Shown: piece by piece, positions 32,193 to 43,700 of the stretch | Numbering within the stretch: the stretch's first letter is position 1 | Layout: each line of letters begins with the position of its first letter | Assembly (NCBI GenBank): GCA_965242695.1 | Contig: CBDESU010000001.1 | Coordinates: forward strand, 576,001-640,000 | Reading direction: 5' to 3' | Origin: Cenarchaeum sp. | GTDB lineage: Archaea; Thermoproteota; Nitrososphaeria; Nitrososphaerales; Nitrosopumilaceae | DNA: 64,000 nt | Position numbers and translations under genes: made by a program | The notes under the pieces: model-generated | Told to the model about the DNA's origin: nothing | Seen by the model: only the letters and a program-made list of their open reading frames with translations | The model's database searches: none

Positions 32193-32832
32193 GGGCGGTT
32201 CGCTTCCCGCGGGCGATATATTGGTTGGCGGCTCGGGGCCGGGGGAGATGGGGAGGATCCCCGCCCCGCAGGGCCTGCGATGCCGCGCGGCGCGCCGGCG
32301 GCCCGCGTGCTTGGCCGGGCATGCCGGCCGGCGATCGGGCGATCGCAGCGCCGGCGCTTGCGCTCTCGGCCGCCGGCGAAGCGGGGCGATCGCGCCTGCC
32401 TCGTCGTGTCGCGCCGCCGGGATTGCCCCGCCTGTGGCCGGCCTGCGGGCAGGGAGCGAACCGGCCGCACCGTCGTGGGCACACCGAGCCCGATCGCACC
32501 GTTGTCGTCCTCGATGCCGCCGCCCGTACGCTGCGCCTTGCCCCTCCATGCTGCGCGGCCTTGCCTGCTAGGGCGGGACAAAAAACTGGCAAAAAAGCAA
32601 AAAAGCAAAAAAAAAAAACGCCCTGCCCGCTCCACACTGCAGGTTTTCGACCCATTGCCACAAGAATGCCCGTTTTTGGCGCAAGCATGGCGTGGCAGGC
32701 GGGGCGCCAGCGCGCCTCGATCCGCGCCCGCCAGGGCGCATCCGGCCGTAGTCTATAGGCCTATTTTCCTCCCCCTAGAAGGCGCGGTGTATTGGGCAAA
32801 TGCTTATATGTGGGGGCGCGCCGTGCCGGCAC

Positions 32833-33549
32833 ATGAATATGAAACGAACCGGCGTTGTGGCCGGGGCCAGCTTGGCAGCGGTGGCGGGACTTGCCGCCGT
32901 GCTGTCGTCGGCCGGCCTGCTGGAGACGGACGATGCGGCCAAGGCCGGCTCGTCCGCCCTGTCGCTGTACGGCGTGGCCACCGTGGTCCACACGGGGGCC
33001 GACGGCGCGGTGCTCGACACGCAAACCGCCCACAACCGCCTTCTTGACGATGGTGAAGAGTTCATACTTGAACAAGTCTTCAGTGATGGGGAGACTCTCG
33101 TGACAGATGATGTGCAGATCGGGGCGATATGCCTCAGCTCTGAAGATATGAACCTCCTAGGTAATCCTGATTCTGGTACTAACAACCTTGAAGGAACCTT
33201 GACTGCGGCCACTTTTGAGAGTGGGCACGATAATGACTATGCTACCGCCAATGGGGTAGACGAAACCGCCACGTTGGAGTGCATCACGGACGATGACGTG
33301 ACGATGAGCGGTTCGATTGCGACCGTGGGCCCGCTGACATTTAACGCAAGCACTACGGGCGCCTCTAATTGGGTTCCAGGTGAGGATGTAAACACGATCG
33401 GCGTATGCCAGGCAGACTCTGGAGATGCCCCGGTGACTGCCTGCGCAGGCACGCTGTTTGCTGCAGTAGATATCAACGAAGTAGTTCTCAATGACGGAGA
33501 GACACTCACCGTAACATACACGTTTAACATGGCTAGCCTTGAGAACTAG
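32833..33549 (+). CDS. Secreted or membrane-anchored acidic beta-rich protein
   Basis: N-terminal signal/TM segment. HNRLLDDGEEFILEQVF and LFAAVDINEVVLNDGETLTVTYTF. TATA CTTATAT at ~32803. Confidence 0.8.
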   Translation: MNMKRTGVVAGASLAAVAGLAAVLSSAGLLETDDAAKAGSSALSLYGVATVVHTGADGAVLDTQTAHNRLLDDGEEFILEQVFSDGETLVTDDVQIGAICLSSEDMNLLGNPDSGTNNLEGTLTAATFESGHDNDYATANGVDETATLECITDDDVTMSGSIATVGPLTFNASTTGASNWVPGEDVNTIGVCQADSGDAPVTACAGTLFAAVDINEVVLNDGETLTVTYTFNMASLEN

Positions 33550-33570
33550 AGCGAAATCTCTGACACCTAA

Positions 33571-33580
33571 TTTTTTATTT
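33571..33580 (+). terminator. Archaeal oligo-T terminator
   Basis: TTTTTTATTT 21 nt after the stop, in GC-rich context. Confidence 0.6.
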
Positions 33581-33826
33581 GGCTAACGGGGCGTCCCCGT
33601 AGCGCCGTTTGCCGCCTAGCGGCCGTTAGGGTGATGCACACCAGCCCTGCGCTGATCTGATGCACACCTCGCCCTCCGGAAATGGTGGCCCCTGCGAATA
33701 ATGCCTGTTAGGGCGTAGGCCGCCCTACTCCGTCCACCCATCCCTGCCGTCTGGACGGCCGCATGATCATTCTGACTCGCGGTGCCGGCAGGGAATCTTT
33801 ACAAGGGGCCTAGCGCGGGCCCTCGC

Positions 33827-34012
33827 ATGGTCGACGGAACGACAAACAAGTCCGAGGAATCCAAGCGTCTGGACGACATGGCCGGGGTGGCGCCCGAGAA
33901 CAAGGTGCACGTAGCACGCCTGAGAAACATGTCTCAGGAGGAACTCGACGCGATTGGCGATGCGGAGTGCAAGGAGCGCCGGTGGCGGGAAAGCCTAGCG
34001 GAGATTCCCTAA
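33827..34012 (+). CDS. Small charged helical protein, copy 1 (divergent N-terminus)
   Basis: Shares MSQEELDAIGDAECKERRWRESLAEIP with copy 2. TATA-like TTTACAA upstream and a T-tract downstream. Confidence 0.65.
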   Translation: MVDGTTNKSEESKRLDDMAGVAPENKVHVARLRNMSQEELDAIGDAECKERRWRESLAEIP

Positions 34013-34040
34013 CGGCGTGGATGCACAGGGCCTTCATGGA

Positions 34041-34071
34041 TTTTTTACTTTTTGTCTTTGTTTTTTTTGTT
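34041..34071 (+). terminator. Long oligo-T terminator, repeated at 34984-35017
   Basis: T-rich tract following the small genes. Confidence 0.6.
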
Positions 34072-34134
34072 GCAGGACATGATCGGGTAGGGCCGCCTGC
34101 CTGCGCTTGCCACTACGCTGACCGGCCGCCGCGC

Positions 34135-34560
34135 TTAGTATCGACCAGGGTCTAGGCCGTGCGCCGCCTTGTAGCACTCGGCAGACTCTGCGCTGCGGCC
34201 CATGCGTGCTAGGACGCCCCCCTTGCCGGCAAGCGCGTATGCAAAGCGCGGGTCGAGATCTATGGCCCTGTTGTAACAGTACAGGGCATCGTCGGTGCGG
34301 CCGAGCGCCGCGAGCAGCCTTGCCATGCGGGCGTGTGCCTCTGCGTACCTGTCGTCCAGCTTGATCGCCCGATCGTACGCCGCAAACGCCTCCTCACTGC
34401 GGCCCATCTTGGCGAGCAGGCTGCCACGCTGAAGGTGGACATCCTCGTCGTACCGGGCCAGGGAAACCGCCCTGTCGCACGCCGCAAGCGCCTCCCCGTG
34501 GCGGCCCATCCGTGCGAGCGGCCTGCCCACCGAAGGTGGGACTCCCCATCGTACAGGGCT
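34135..34560 (-). pseudogene. 5'-truncated duplicate of the HEPN-TPR gene's 3' end (TPRs only)
   Basis: Near-identical to the last TPRs of 36108-37463. No HEPN-like domain and no clear start. Confidence 0.7.
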
Positions 34561-34760
34561 AGGCCGGCGCCTGATCCCCCGTTGGATGTGGCCGCCTTTG
34601 CCGGCAGTGCGCGCCGGACAGGATGCCGCTCCGTGCCGGCCCGGCCTCGCGCCGGCAGCAGGCCGGATGCGCGGCAACCCTTGTTTGCGGCGCTCCCTTG
34701 GCAGCGATCGCCGCGGCCGGCGGCGGAAACCCCTATAAGTAGGCCCCGCGCCGGCCCTTC

Positions 34761-34955
34761 ATGGTCAGTGAGATGGAAAGCGGCAGATCCGAGTACCTTG
34801 AGAAGCTGGACGCCGAGGCTAGGGCCAGGCTGACGCCCGAGGACTGGGAGCGGGCCGCCCGCATGAACCGCATGTCCCAAGAAGAGCTCGACGCGATTGG
34901 CGATGCGGAATGCAAGGAGCGCCGGTGGCGGGAAAGCCTGGCCGAGATTCCCTAG
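34761..34955 (+). CDS. Small charged helical protein, copy 2
   Basis: 64 aa. CTATAA box about 25 nt upstream. Confidence 0.7.
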   Translation: MVSEMESGRSEYLEKLDAEARARLTPEDWERAARMNRMSQEELDAIGDAECKERRWRESLAEIP

Positions 34956-35080
34956 CGACGTGGATGCACAGGGGCTTCGTGGATTTTTTATTTTTTGTCT
35001 TTGTTTTTTTTTTTGTTGCAGGGCATGATCTGGCGGGGCCACCAGCCTGCGCTTGCCACTGCGCCAGCAAGTCGTCGCGT

Positions 35081-35600
35081 CTAGTAGTGGCCGGGATCTA
35101 GGCCGTGCGCCGCCTTGTAGCACTCGGCCGACTCTGCGCCGCGGCCCATGCGCGCCAGGACGCCCCCCTTGCCGGCAAGCGCGTATGCAAAGCGCGGGTC
35201 GAACTCTATGGCCCTGTTGTAAAAGTACAGGGCATCGTCGGTGCGGCCGAGCGCCGCGAGCAGCCTTGCCTTGCGGCCGAGCGCCTCGGCATACCTCACG
35301 TCCAGTGCGATTGCCCGGTCGTACGCCGCAAGCGCCTCGTCGCTGCGGTCCATCCTGGCAAGCGGCTGCCGCGCTGAAGGTGGACATCCTCGTCGTACCG
35401 GGCCAGGGCCGCCGCCCTGTCGCACGATGCAAGCGCCTCGTCGCTGCGGCCCATCCTGGCGAGCAGGCTGCCCCTGAGCAGGTGCGTCATGTGCATTGTA
35501 TCGTAGATGCCGAGCGCCCTGTCGCACGATGCCAGCGCCTCTCCGTGGCGGCCCATCCGTGCGAGCGGCCTGCCAGCCGAAGATGTGACTCCTCATCGTA
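35081..35600 (-). pseudogene. Second 5'-truncated TPR duplicate, with a frameshift at ~35365
   Basis: One more TPR than 34135-34560, split over two frames. Confidence 0.7.
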
Positions 35601-35807
35601 CAGGGCTAGGCCGGCGCCTGATCCCCCGTTGGATGTGGCCGCCTTTGCCGGCAGTGCGCGCCGGACGGGATGCCGCTCCGTGCCGGCCCGGCCTCGCGCC
35701 GGCAGCAGGCCTGATGCGCAGCAACCCTTGTTTGCGGCGCTCCCTTGGCAGCGATCGCCGCGGCCGGCGGCGGAAACCCCTATAAGGAGGCCCCGCGCCG
35801 GCCCTTC

Positions 35808-36002
35808 ATGGTCAGTGAGATGGAAAGCGGCAGGTCCGAGTACCTTGAGAAGCTGGACGCCGAGGCTAGGGCCAGGCTGACGCCAGAGGACTGGGAGCGG
35901 GCCGCCCGCATGAACCGCATGTCCCCGGAAGAGCTCGATGCGATTGGAGACAAAGAGTGCGAAGAGCGCCGTCGCCGGGCTAGGTTTGCCGAGATTCCCT
36001 AG
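35808..36002 (+). CDS. Small charged helical protein, copy 3
   Basis: Near-identical to copy 2, with the same promoter. Confidence 0.7.
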   Translation: MVSEMESGRSEYLEKLDAEARARLTPEDWERAARMNRMSPEELDAIGDKECEERRRRARFAEIP

Positions 36003-36107
36003 TGGCGTGGATGCACAGGCACCTCTTGGATTTTTTGTTCTGTTCTACAGGACGCGATGGGTTGGGCCGCCTGCCTGCGCTCGGCGTCCACTGGCAAGCG
36101 GCCGCGC

Positions 36108-37463
36108 CTAGTAGTGGTCGGGATCTAGGCCGTGCGCCGCCTTGTAGCACTCGGCCGACTCTGCGCCGCGGCCCATGCGCGCCAGGACGTCCCCCTTGCC
36201 GGCAAGCGCGTATGCAAAGCGCGGGTCGAACTCTATGGCCCTGTTGTAAAAGTACAGGGCATCGTCGGTGCGGCCGAGCGCCGCGAGCAGCCTTGCCATG
36301 CGGGCGTGTGCCTCTGCATACCTGTCGTCCAGCTTGATCGCCCGGTCGTACGCGGCAAGCGCCTCCTCACTGCGGCCCATCTTGGCGAGCAGGCTACCCC
36401 GCTGAAGGTGTACATCCTCGTCGTACCGGGCCAAGGCCGTCGCCCGGTCATACGCCGCAAGCGCCTCCTCACTGCGGCCCGCCTCGGCGAGCAGTTCGCC
36501 CCTGAGCAGGTGCGCCCTGTGCATCGTGTTGTCAAGGCCGAGCGCCCCGTCGCACGATGCCAGCGCCTCGCCGTGGCGGCCCATGCCTGCCAACAGGTCT
36601 GCCTTGCGCAGGTGCGCCTCGGATAGAAACGGGGCAAGCTCGACCGCACGGCCGTACGCCGCAAGCGCCTCCTCGTCCCTACCCATCCTAGCCAGAGTCT
36701 GGGCCCTGCCAAGGTGCGTGACGGCGCGCCCCGGATCCAGCCCTGCCGCCCGATCGTGGCTGGCAAGCGCCCCCTCGTAGCGGCCCAGGCCTGCGAGCGC
36801 TAGGCCCATCTTTGCGTGCGCCTCCGCACTGTCCGGATTCCCGGCGACCTGTTCCATGCAAAGCTCCAGCGCCCCCTCGTAGCCCTTGCGCGACAGCTCC
36901 CAGAGGCGCATCCCCCAGAATATGTCGCCCTGCAGCAGGCGCATGTCGATGAGCGTGCCGGGAAACGGCGCGGCCAGCCTGAAGGCGACGCGCTCGGTCG
37001 TCCCGTACGCGGCGAGCCTGTCAAGGTCGCCGTACGTCGACGTGTGGACGCGGTCGTGCCTGAACCTGATCAGGATGCCAAAGTCGCAGCGCAGCTGCTC
37101 GTCGCCTTTGAAGGGGTCGTCCATGCCGTGCTCGCGCAGCGCAGCCACGATGGTCTCGATGCTCTGAAAGTTGTACGTGAACGAGACGAGGACGGCCAGG
37201 GGCATGCCGGCGGTGCGGGGCATGCTGACAATGTCGATCGTCAGGCTCGACGGCATGGTGCTGTCGTCCTCGCTCAGCCACAGGGCGATGAGGTGCCTGC
37301 ACAGCTGCTCGATGACCGAGATGAGGGTGGTGGCTATGCTGCGCGGCGCATGCCTTGCATCCGAATCCCGTTCGCGCAGGACTGCGCACAGGTCGTGCAT
37401 TATGTCCTGCAGATTCTGCCCCGTCAGCGCATGCGTGAGGCTGACGACCCTTCTCGTCCTCAT
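36108..37463 (-). CDS. HEPN-like domain plus TPR fusion protein
   Basis: N-domain has ISVIEQLCR, YNFQSIETI and RFRHDRVH (Rx4H), followed by about 8 TPRs. TATA TTTTAATA about 25 nt upstream of ATG 37463. Confidence 0.8.
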   Translation of the reverse strand: MRTRRVVSLTHALTGQNLQDIMHDLCAVLRERDSDARHAPRSIATTLISVIEQLCRHLIALWLSEDDSTMPSSLTIDIVSMPRTAGMPLAVLVSFTYNFQSIETIVAALREHGMDDPFKGDEQLRCDFGILIRFRHDRVHTSTYGDLDRLAAYGTTERVAFRLAAPFPGTLIDMRLLQGDIFWGMRLWELSRKGYEGALELCMEQVAGNPDSAEAHAKMGLALAGLGRYEGALASHDRAAGLDPGRAVTHLGRAQTLARMGRDEEALAAYGRAVELAPFLSEAHLRKADLLAGMGRHGEALASCDGALGLDNTMHRAHLLRGELLAEAGRSEEALAAYDRATALARYDEDVHLQRGSLLAKMGRSEEALAAYDRAIKLDDRYAEAHARMARLLAALGRTDDALYFYNRAIEFDPRFAYALAGKGDVLARMGRGAESAECYKAAHGLDPDHY

Positions 37464-37798
37464 CGGCGAGGCCGGACATGGACGGCTATTAAAACCACTC
37501 CTCGCGAATTTCAGTTCTGTCGAGGCACGCTCGCCGCCGGAAGGGGAGGGGGAGGAGGGCGGATGGGAAGGAGCGAACGGCGGCAGGAGCCGCAGGGCGC
37601 TCGTCGGGCCTGCCAAGCCTCGGCACGGGCGCCCCGTCTCCTGCCCAAAGCAGGCGGCGGCCGGGCTGCGCAGGGCTCCATGCGGCCCGGTTCGCAGTGC
37701 GCCGAACCACTCGTGTCATGTGCCGTGTTGTGCGCCCGGCGGATGCCGTGCCGCCGTTCGCACCGCGGCACGGGGGGCGCCTTCCGGCGGCGCGGGCC

Positions 37799-40700
37799 CT
37801 AGTGCCAGCCCTGCGGCACAGCTGGCGCCGCCGGCCGGCCGCGGCTGCGGCCCCGGCGGCGCAGCGCAAAGGCGGCCGCGGCCAGTATTGCGGCAACGGC
37901 CGCCGCGGCCGCCATGTACGCCGCCGCCTGCAGTTGCCCGCTGCCCTCGGGCGCAGGCGCGGGCTCGGCAGGGGGCGCATCCTCCGCGGCGTCGCGCGCA
38001 GGGGTATGCCCGCCCCTGTCCCGGCCTCCGACGGCGGGCATGCCAAGGCTGTCGCCCAGTATCGGTTCTTCCTCTCCCCCTCCGAACTGGATCATGGTCG
38101 GCTCTGCCTCGGCCTCTGCCTCGGCCGGCACAGAGGCGGCCGCAGCCGCCCCGCCTGCCGCCGGACCGGGCTCGGCCGGAGCCGAGACGGCCACCTCGCC
38201 TCCGTGCGCGGAATCCTCGGGATGCGGCTCCTGCTGCCCGCCCTGGCCGGGCGACGCGTCGTTCCCAAACGAGCGCGCGCCGCTGCACGAGTCGATCCGC
38301 ACATCCTCCTCGTCGGCCACCGTGTAGCACAGCGATCCCGACGACGAGTTGACCTCGCACTCGCCGAGGGGCAGCGAGTTGAGGTACGCCGGGGGCGGGA
38401 CGCCGTGCGACATGCGCGCCTCTATGTGCAGGTCGCGCCCGGCGCCGATGTCGACCCTGGCGTGCCATGTCGTGGAGTATCCATCTCCGGGCGCGCCGTC
38501 GGGGACGGCAAACGAGGCCACTGTAGGGGGCGCGAGCGAGGCGCCGGACGGGACTCCTCCGCCTTCATCCTGCCCGACGGCCACGTACGTGGTGCTCCTG
38601 CCGTCGTCGACCACTATGCGCAGGTCGCTGCCCCCGCCGCAAAAGTCCCATGCGACCCCTGCGATCGACGGCAGGCGCGATCCGCCGCCCTGGTTGGCCG
38701 CAGGCGCCCCGGCGCCGTCCGCGCCCCTGGGACCTCCGCCGCCCCCGCCGCCCCCGCCCCCGCCGCCCCCGCCCCCGCCCCCGCCCATGAAGGGGGCCGG
38801 CGCCGCCGGGGCCGGGGCGGGGGCAGCGGGCGGCGCCGGAGTTGCGGGAGCCACTACTATCGGCGGCGGATCCGACTGCGGCGGATCCGACTGCGGCGGA
38901 TCCGACTGCGGCGGATCCGACTGCGGCGGATCCGACTGCGGCGGGGGCTCTGGACTCCCGTGCACGTACGAGGCTGCGTCCGCCGCATCGGGCGCATCGC
39001 GCGCGTCTTCCATGTGCATGCCGGGCGCCGCGGCGTCCTGGCTCGGCCCGCCGGGGCGGCCATCGCCGATTCCGGGCACGGCAGAGGCCGCATCGACCGC
39101 GCTCGGCGCATCGCCGGCCCCGCGAATATGCGAGGCGCTGGCCCAGGCCGAGTCGGACAGGGCCGGCGCATCCGCCGCCTCCGTCCCGTTCGCGTCTCCC
39201 CCGCGCGCCGGCGCGCCTGGATCGTCCTGATCGCCTGGATCGTCCTGATCGCCAGGGTCGCCCGGCGCGACGGTCGGCGCGCCGATCTGCATCTCCGCGA
39301 CCGCCGAGCTCGCGTGGCCCGGCGCGTCTCCGATCCGTACGACATGCGAGCCGCCGGATATCGCCGAGTCCGACACGCCCGGCGCGTCGCCCACTGCCGT
39401 CCCGAACATCCCAGACACCTCGGCCGAGTCGGACACGCCCGGCGCATCCACGACGGACTTTCCGAACATCCCCGACACCTCGGCCGAGTCGGACACGCCC
39501 GGCGCATCCACGACGGACTTTCCGAACATCCCCGACACCTCGGCCGAGTCGGACACGCCCGGCGCATCCACGACGGACTTTCCGAACATCCCCGACACCT
39601 CGGCCGAGTCGGACACGCCCGGCGCATCCACGACGGACTTTCCGAACATCCCCGACACCTCGGCCGAGTCGGACACGCCCGGCGCATCGCCTGGCCTCGA
39701 CACGCGGGATGCTTCCGAGCTGGCCGAGTCTAGCACGCCCGGCGCATCGCCGACCGACTTTCCGAACATTCCGTGCGCCGTGGCCGAGTCGGCCACGCCC
39801 GGCGCATCGCCGACCGACTTTCCGAACATTCCGTGCGCCGTGGCCGAGTCGGCCACGGCCGGAGCATCCGGCGTCGGATCGTGCACGGTTCGCGGCCCCA
39901 TGACGTGGGTCATTCCCCCGCCGTCGACCGTTGTGATCGACTCGGCCACGCCGGGCGCATCGGCCGCGGCGACGGCCCTGGAATGGCCCGCGTCCGCCGA
40001 GTCCGACACGCCCGGCGCGTCCCCGACGGCCGAGACGGCCATGGCGACCGCCGATGCGCCGTCCGACACGCTAGGCGCATCGCCGGGCTGCGGAACGGCC
40101 AGCAGCGATCCGCGCGCCGACGCCCCGTCCGACACGCCGGGCTCGTCCCCGACGGCCAGGATCGCCATGGCGACCGCCGACGCCCCGTCCGACACGCCGG
40201 GCTCGTCCCCGACGGCCAGGATCGCCATGGCGACCGCCGACGCGCCGTCCGACACGCCGGGCTCGTCATACGCCATTGCATGCACCGCCGGCACTGCACG
40301 GTCCGACACGGCCGGCGCATCGCCTGCAGAGATCGACGCGCCGATCAGGGCCATGTCGGCCGCCGAGATGCGGTCGGCGGCCCTGATGCCGCGGCTCGCC
40401 GAGTGCGAGTCCGACACGCTTGGAGCATCGCCGGGCGCCGAGACGGCCGTGGCGACCGCCGCCGCCCCGTCGCCGACCGCCGGCGCATCGCGCGCCATCC
40501 GGTGGACGGCCGGCACGGCGCCGTCGGCCACACCGGGCGCATCCTGGGCCGCCTCGATGTACCCTGCCCGCGCAACGGCGCCGTCGGCTATCTGCGGAGA
40601 CCCGCCGTCGGCGGCGATCACCGCGCTCGCCGAGTAAGAGTCGGCCGGTACGGGCGCATCATGCGCTAGCATCGAGTATGCCGGATGGTGCGAGTCGGAC

Positions 40701-43700
40701 ACGCCAGGCGCATCGTACGCCATCGCATGCACGGCCGGCACCGCGCGGTCGCCTACCGCCGGCGCATCCGGCCGCACGTCCGCAATGTACGATGCCGGCG
40801 CCGTCCCGCCGTCCCTCACCGCCGGCGCATCGTGCGCGAGCATCGAATAGTTGTTGCTGACCGAGTCTGCCACATCGGGCGCATCGCGCGCCATCCGGTG
40901 GACGGCCGGCACTGCATGATCCGACACGCCCGGCGCATCCGGCCTCGCCACCCCAATGTACGACGCCGGCGCCGTCCCGCCGTCCAGCACGGCAGGCGCA
41001 TCGTGCGCGAGCGCCGTATAGTCGCCGCGGATCGAGTCTGCCACACCGGGCGCATCGCGCGCCGCCCGCGCGTGCCCGAACAGGGCTACGGCCGAGTCGT
41101 TTACCGCCGGCGCATCCGCCCTGGGGGACGCGCCAAACCTGATGCTGTACAGCATGACCATGTTGGCCCCCGAGTCCATGACGGCCAGCCTCCCGCTGCC
41201 GTACGAGGCCGCATCGTGCGGCGCGACGAGTGGATCCATCGTACCGCCGGTCCCGTTGCCGCCGGCGGCCCCTGCAGCCCCTCCTCCGCCCGGGCCGAAC
41301 GAGCCGAGCATGCCCCCCGCAGAGTCGAACACGACGACCCTGCCGTTGCCCGTATCGGCCACTATGATCCTGTCGGACGGGCCGGCCTCGATGCCGGCCG
41401 GCGATGCGAGCCCCGCCGAGGCGCCGACTGTCATGTTGTGGGTAAGGTCGGCGTTGAACACCAGCGTGCGGTTGTTGCCCGTGTCGGCGACCAGGATGCG
41501 CCCCATGCCGTCGATCGCCGCGCCGGCCGGCCCGTCTAGCGCCGAGCCAGAGGCCGAGCGCAGCGAGCCGGCGAGCGTATAGTTCGGGTGGGGCACCTCG
41601 GCATACCGCACGCCCGGCCCGTTGACGGCCACGCCGCGCGGGTCGCCGGCGCTCGCCGCCGGCGCAAACACCTGCACCCTGTCGTTTCCCGTGTCGGCCA
41701 CGGCGATGCTCCCGTTCGGGCCCACGTCGACCGCCCCGGGCGAGCGGAACATGCCGCCGCCCATCCCCGGCCCAGGCCCGCCTATCGTCTGGAGGTGGGC
41801 CCCGCGCGGGTTGAACACCTTTACGCGGTGGTTGCCCGTGTCCGCTATGTACATGTTGCCGGCGGCATCGAAGGCGATCCCCTCGTCGAGCGCAAAGTTC
41901 GTGTTTGCCGTCCCGCGCGCGCCGAACGTGTCCTCGTGCGTGCCGTTCGTGCTGAACACCTGCACGCGGTGGTTGCCCGTGTCGGCGACGGCGAGCCTGC
42001 CGTGCGTCTGGTCGGCGGCGATGCCGAGCGGCATGGCGAACCTGCCGCCGTCGGCGTCGCTCATCGTGATCGTCGTGGCATGCTCGCCGTCGCTGCCGAG
42101 GATATGCACCCTGGCGTTGCCGTGGTCGGCGACGTAGATGCGGCCGTCGCGGCCGACGTGCACGTCGACGGGCCTGTCGAACTGCGCATGCCCGCTCCCC
42201 CTCGAGCCGAACTCCTGCAGCAGCGTCCCGTCCGCCCTGTGCATCCTGATGGCGTTTCTTGCGCTGTCGGCGATCAGGATGCGGCTGTGCGAGTCGATGT
42301 CGATCCCGATTGGCAGCTCAAACAGGAACCGGCCGACGTGCCTGCCCATGAACTCGGCCGCCTCGCCGCTCGTCCCGTTGTAGACGGTCACGAGGTACCT
42401 TATGAACTGGGATCCGAGCGTCTGCACGTTCAGCGACACGATGCGGTCTGCATCGTCGGCCGCCACGGCCAGCGGCGTGCCGAGGGCCCCTATCGAGCCA
42501 TCGTGCGCGCCGTCCGGCGTGAAGCGGTGAACCGTCCGGCCGCCGCTCGATGCGACGATGATCCTGTCGAGCGAGTCGACTGCCACGTCGTCCGGGTACC
42601 TGACGTCCCCGTGTGTTATCGTCATCGCATGGGCGCCCGAGGGCGAAAAAACCTGCACCCTGTGGTTGTTGTAGTCGGCCACTATGATCCTGCCGCGCGA
42701 GTCGACTGCAATGCCGAGCGGCTCGTCGAACATGCCGTCGGCCGAGCCGGGCCCGCCGATTGTACTGCTGTTGCCCGTAACGGGATCGTACACCTGCACG
42801 CGGTCGTTTGCCCTGTCCGTTATGAAGACGCGGCCGGCCGCGTCGGTGGCCACGCCGCCGGGCTGGCCCCGCGCGCCGCCGCCTCCCAGGGGCCCGCCGA
42901 CGGGTATGTCCGACGCCACGGCGGCGCGCATCGTGCTGAACCCCTGCACGCGGGGGCCGAGCGTGTCGCCGGCGACGATCCACCCGTCGTCGTAGTCGAT
43001 CCCCGAGGCCCTGAACAGCTCGCCGTCGGCCGTCCCGTGCCGGCCTATGGTCCCCGCGTGGACGTACGCGGTCCCGTTGTCCGAGAACGCCTCGATGCGG
43101 TTGTTGAGCGCGTCGGCGACGAACAGCCTGCCGTCCTCGTCCATTGCCACATCGCGCATGAACGGCGGCCTAAGGTGCGCCGACTCGCCGGTCGCCAGCG
43201 TGCTGATCGTCCTTATGTGGCTGTAGTCGGCCGCGTCGAACACGTCGACGCGCTGCGACTGGGCTACCAGGATCGCCGAGCCGCCGGCGCCGGCGGCCAC
43301 GTCCACAATGGCGCTCGTTACGCCGTGGGTGCGGAACGCACCGAGGTGCACCTTTCCGCCGGGCATCCCGGGCGGGTCTATCACACTGCAGTCCGTCCCG
43401 TTGTAGACCCTTATGCGGGCCACGTTGTTGATCACAGGATCGTGCGCGTCGGCGACGAGCAGCCTGCCGTCGGGGAGCGAGTCGACGGCCACCGGCCTGC
43501 GCATCTCGCTGCTCCCCGCATGGCACGCGTAGCTTCCGCGGGAGTACACGAGGCGCCCGCACGAGAGCCGCTCGGCCTCCTCCCCCGCCGTGCACACGTG
43601 GTTCCCCATATGGTCGAGCACCTGCACGCGGCCGTTGCCGGTGTCGGCCACGGCAATGAGGCTCGGGGACGTCCCGTTGGGCACCGATGCAATCCCGGAC

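Noticed and set aside
32193-32549. N-terminal extension of the radical SAM protein
   Set aside because: A TATA-like box and GTG at 32192 indicate the shorter start; the extension is low complexity.
39361-39860. CRISPR-like 60-bp periodicity
   Set aside because: Whole units repeat in frame within a CDS; there are no unique spacers.
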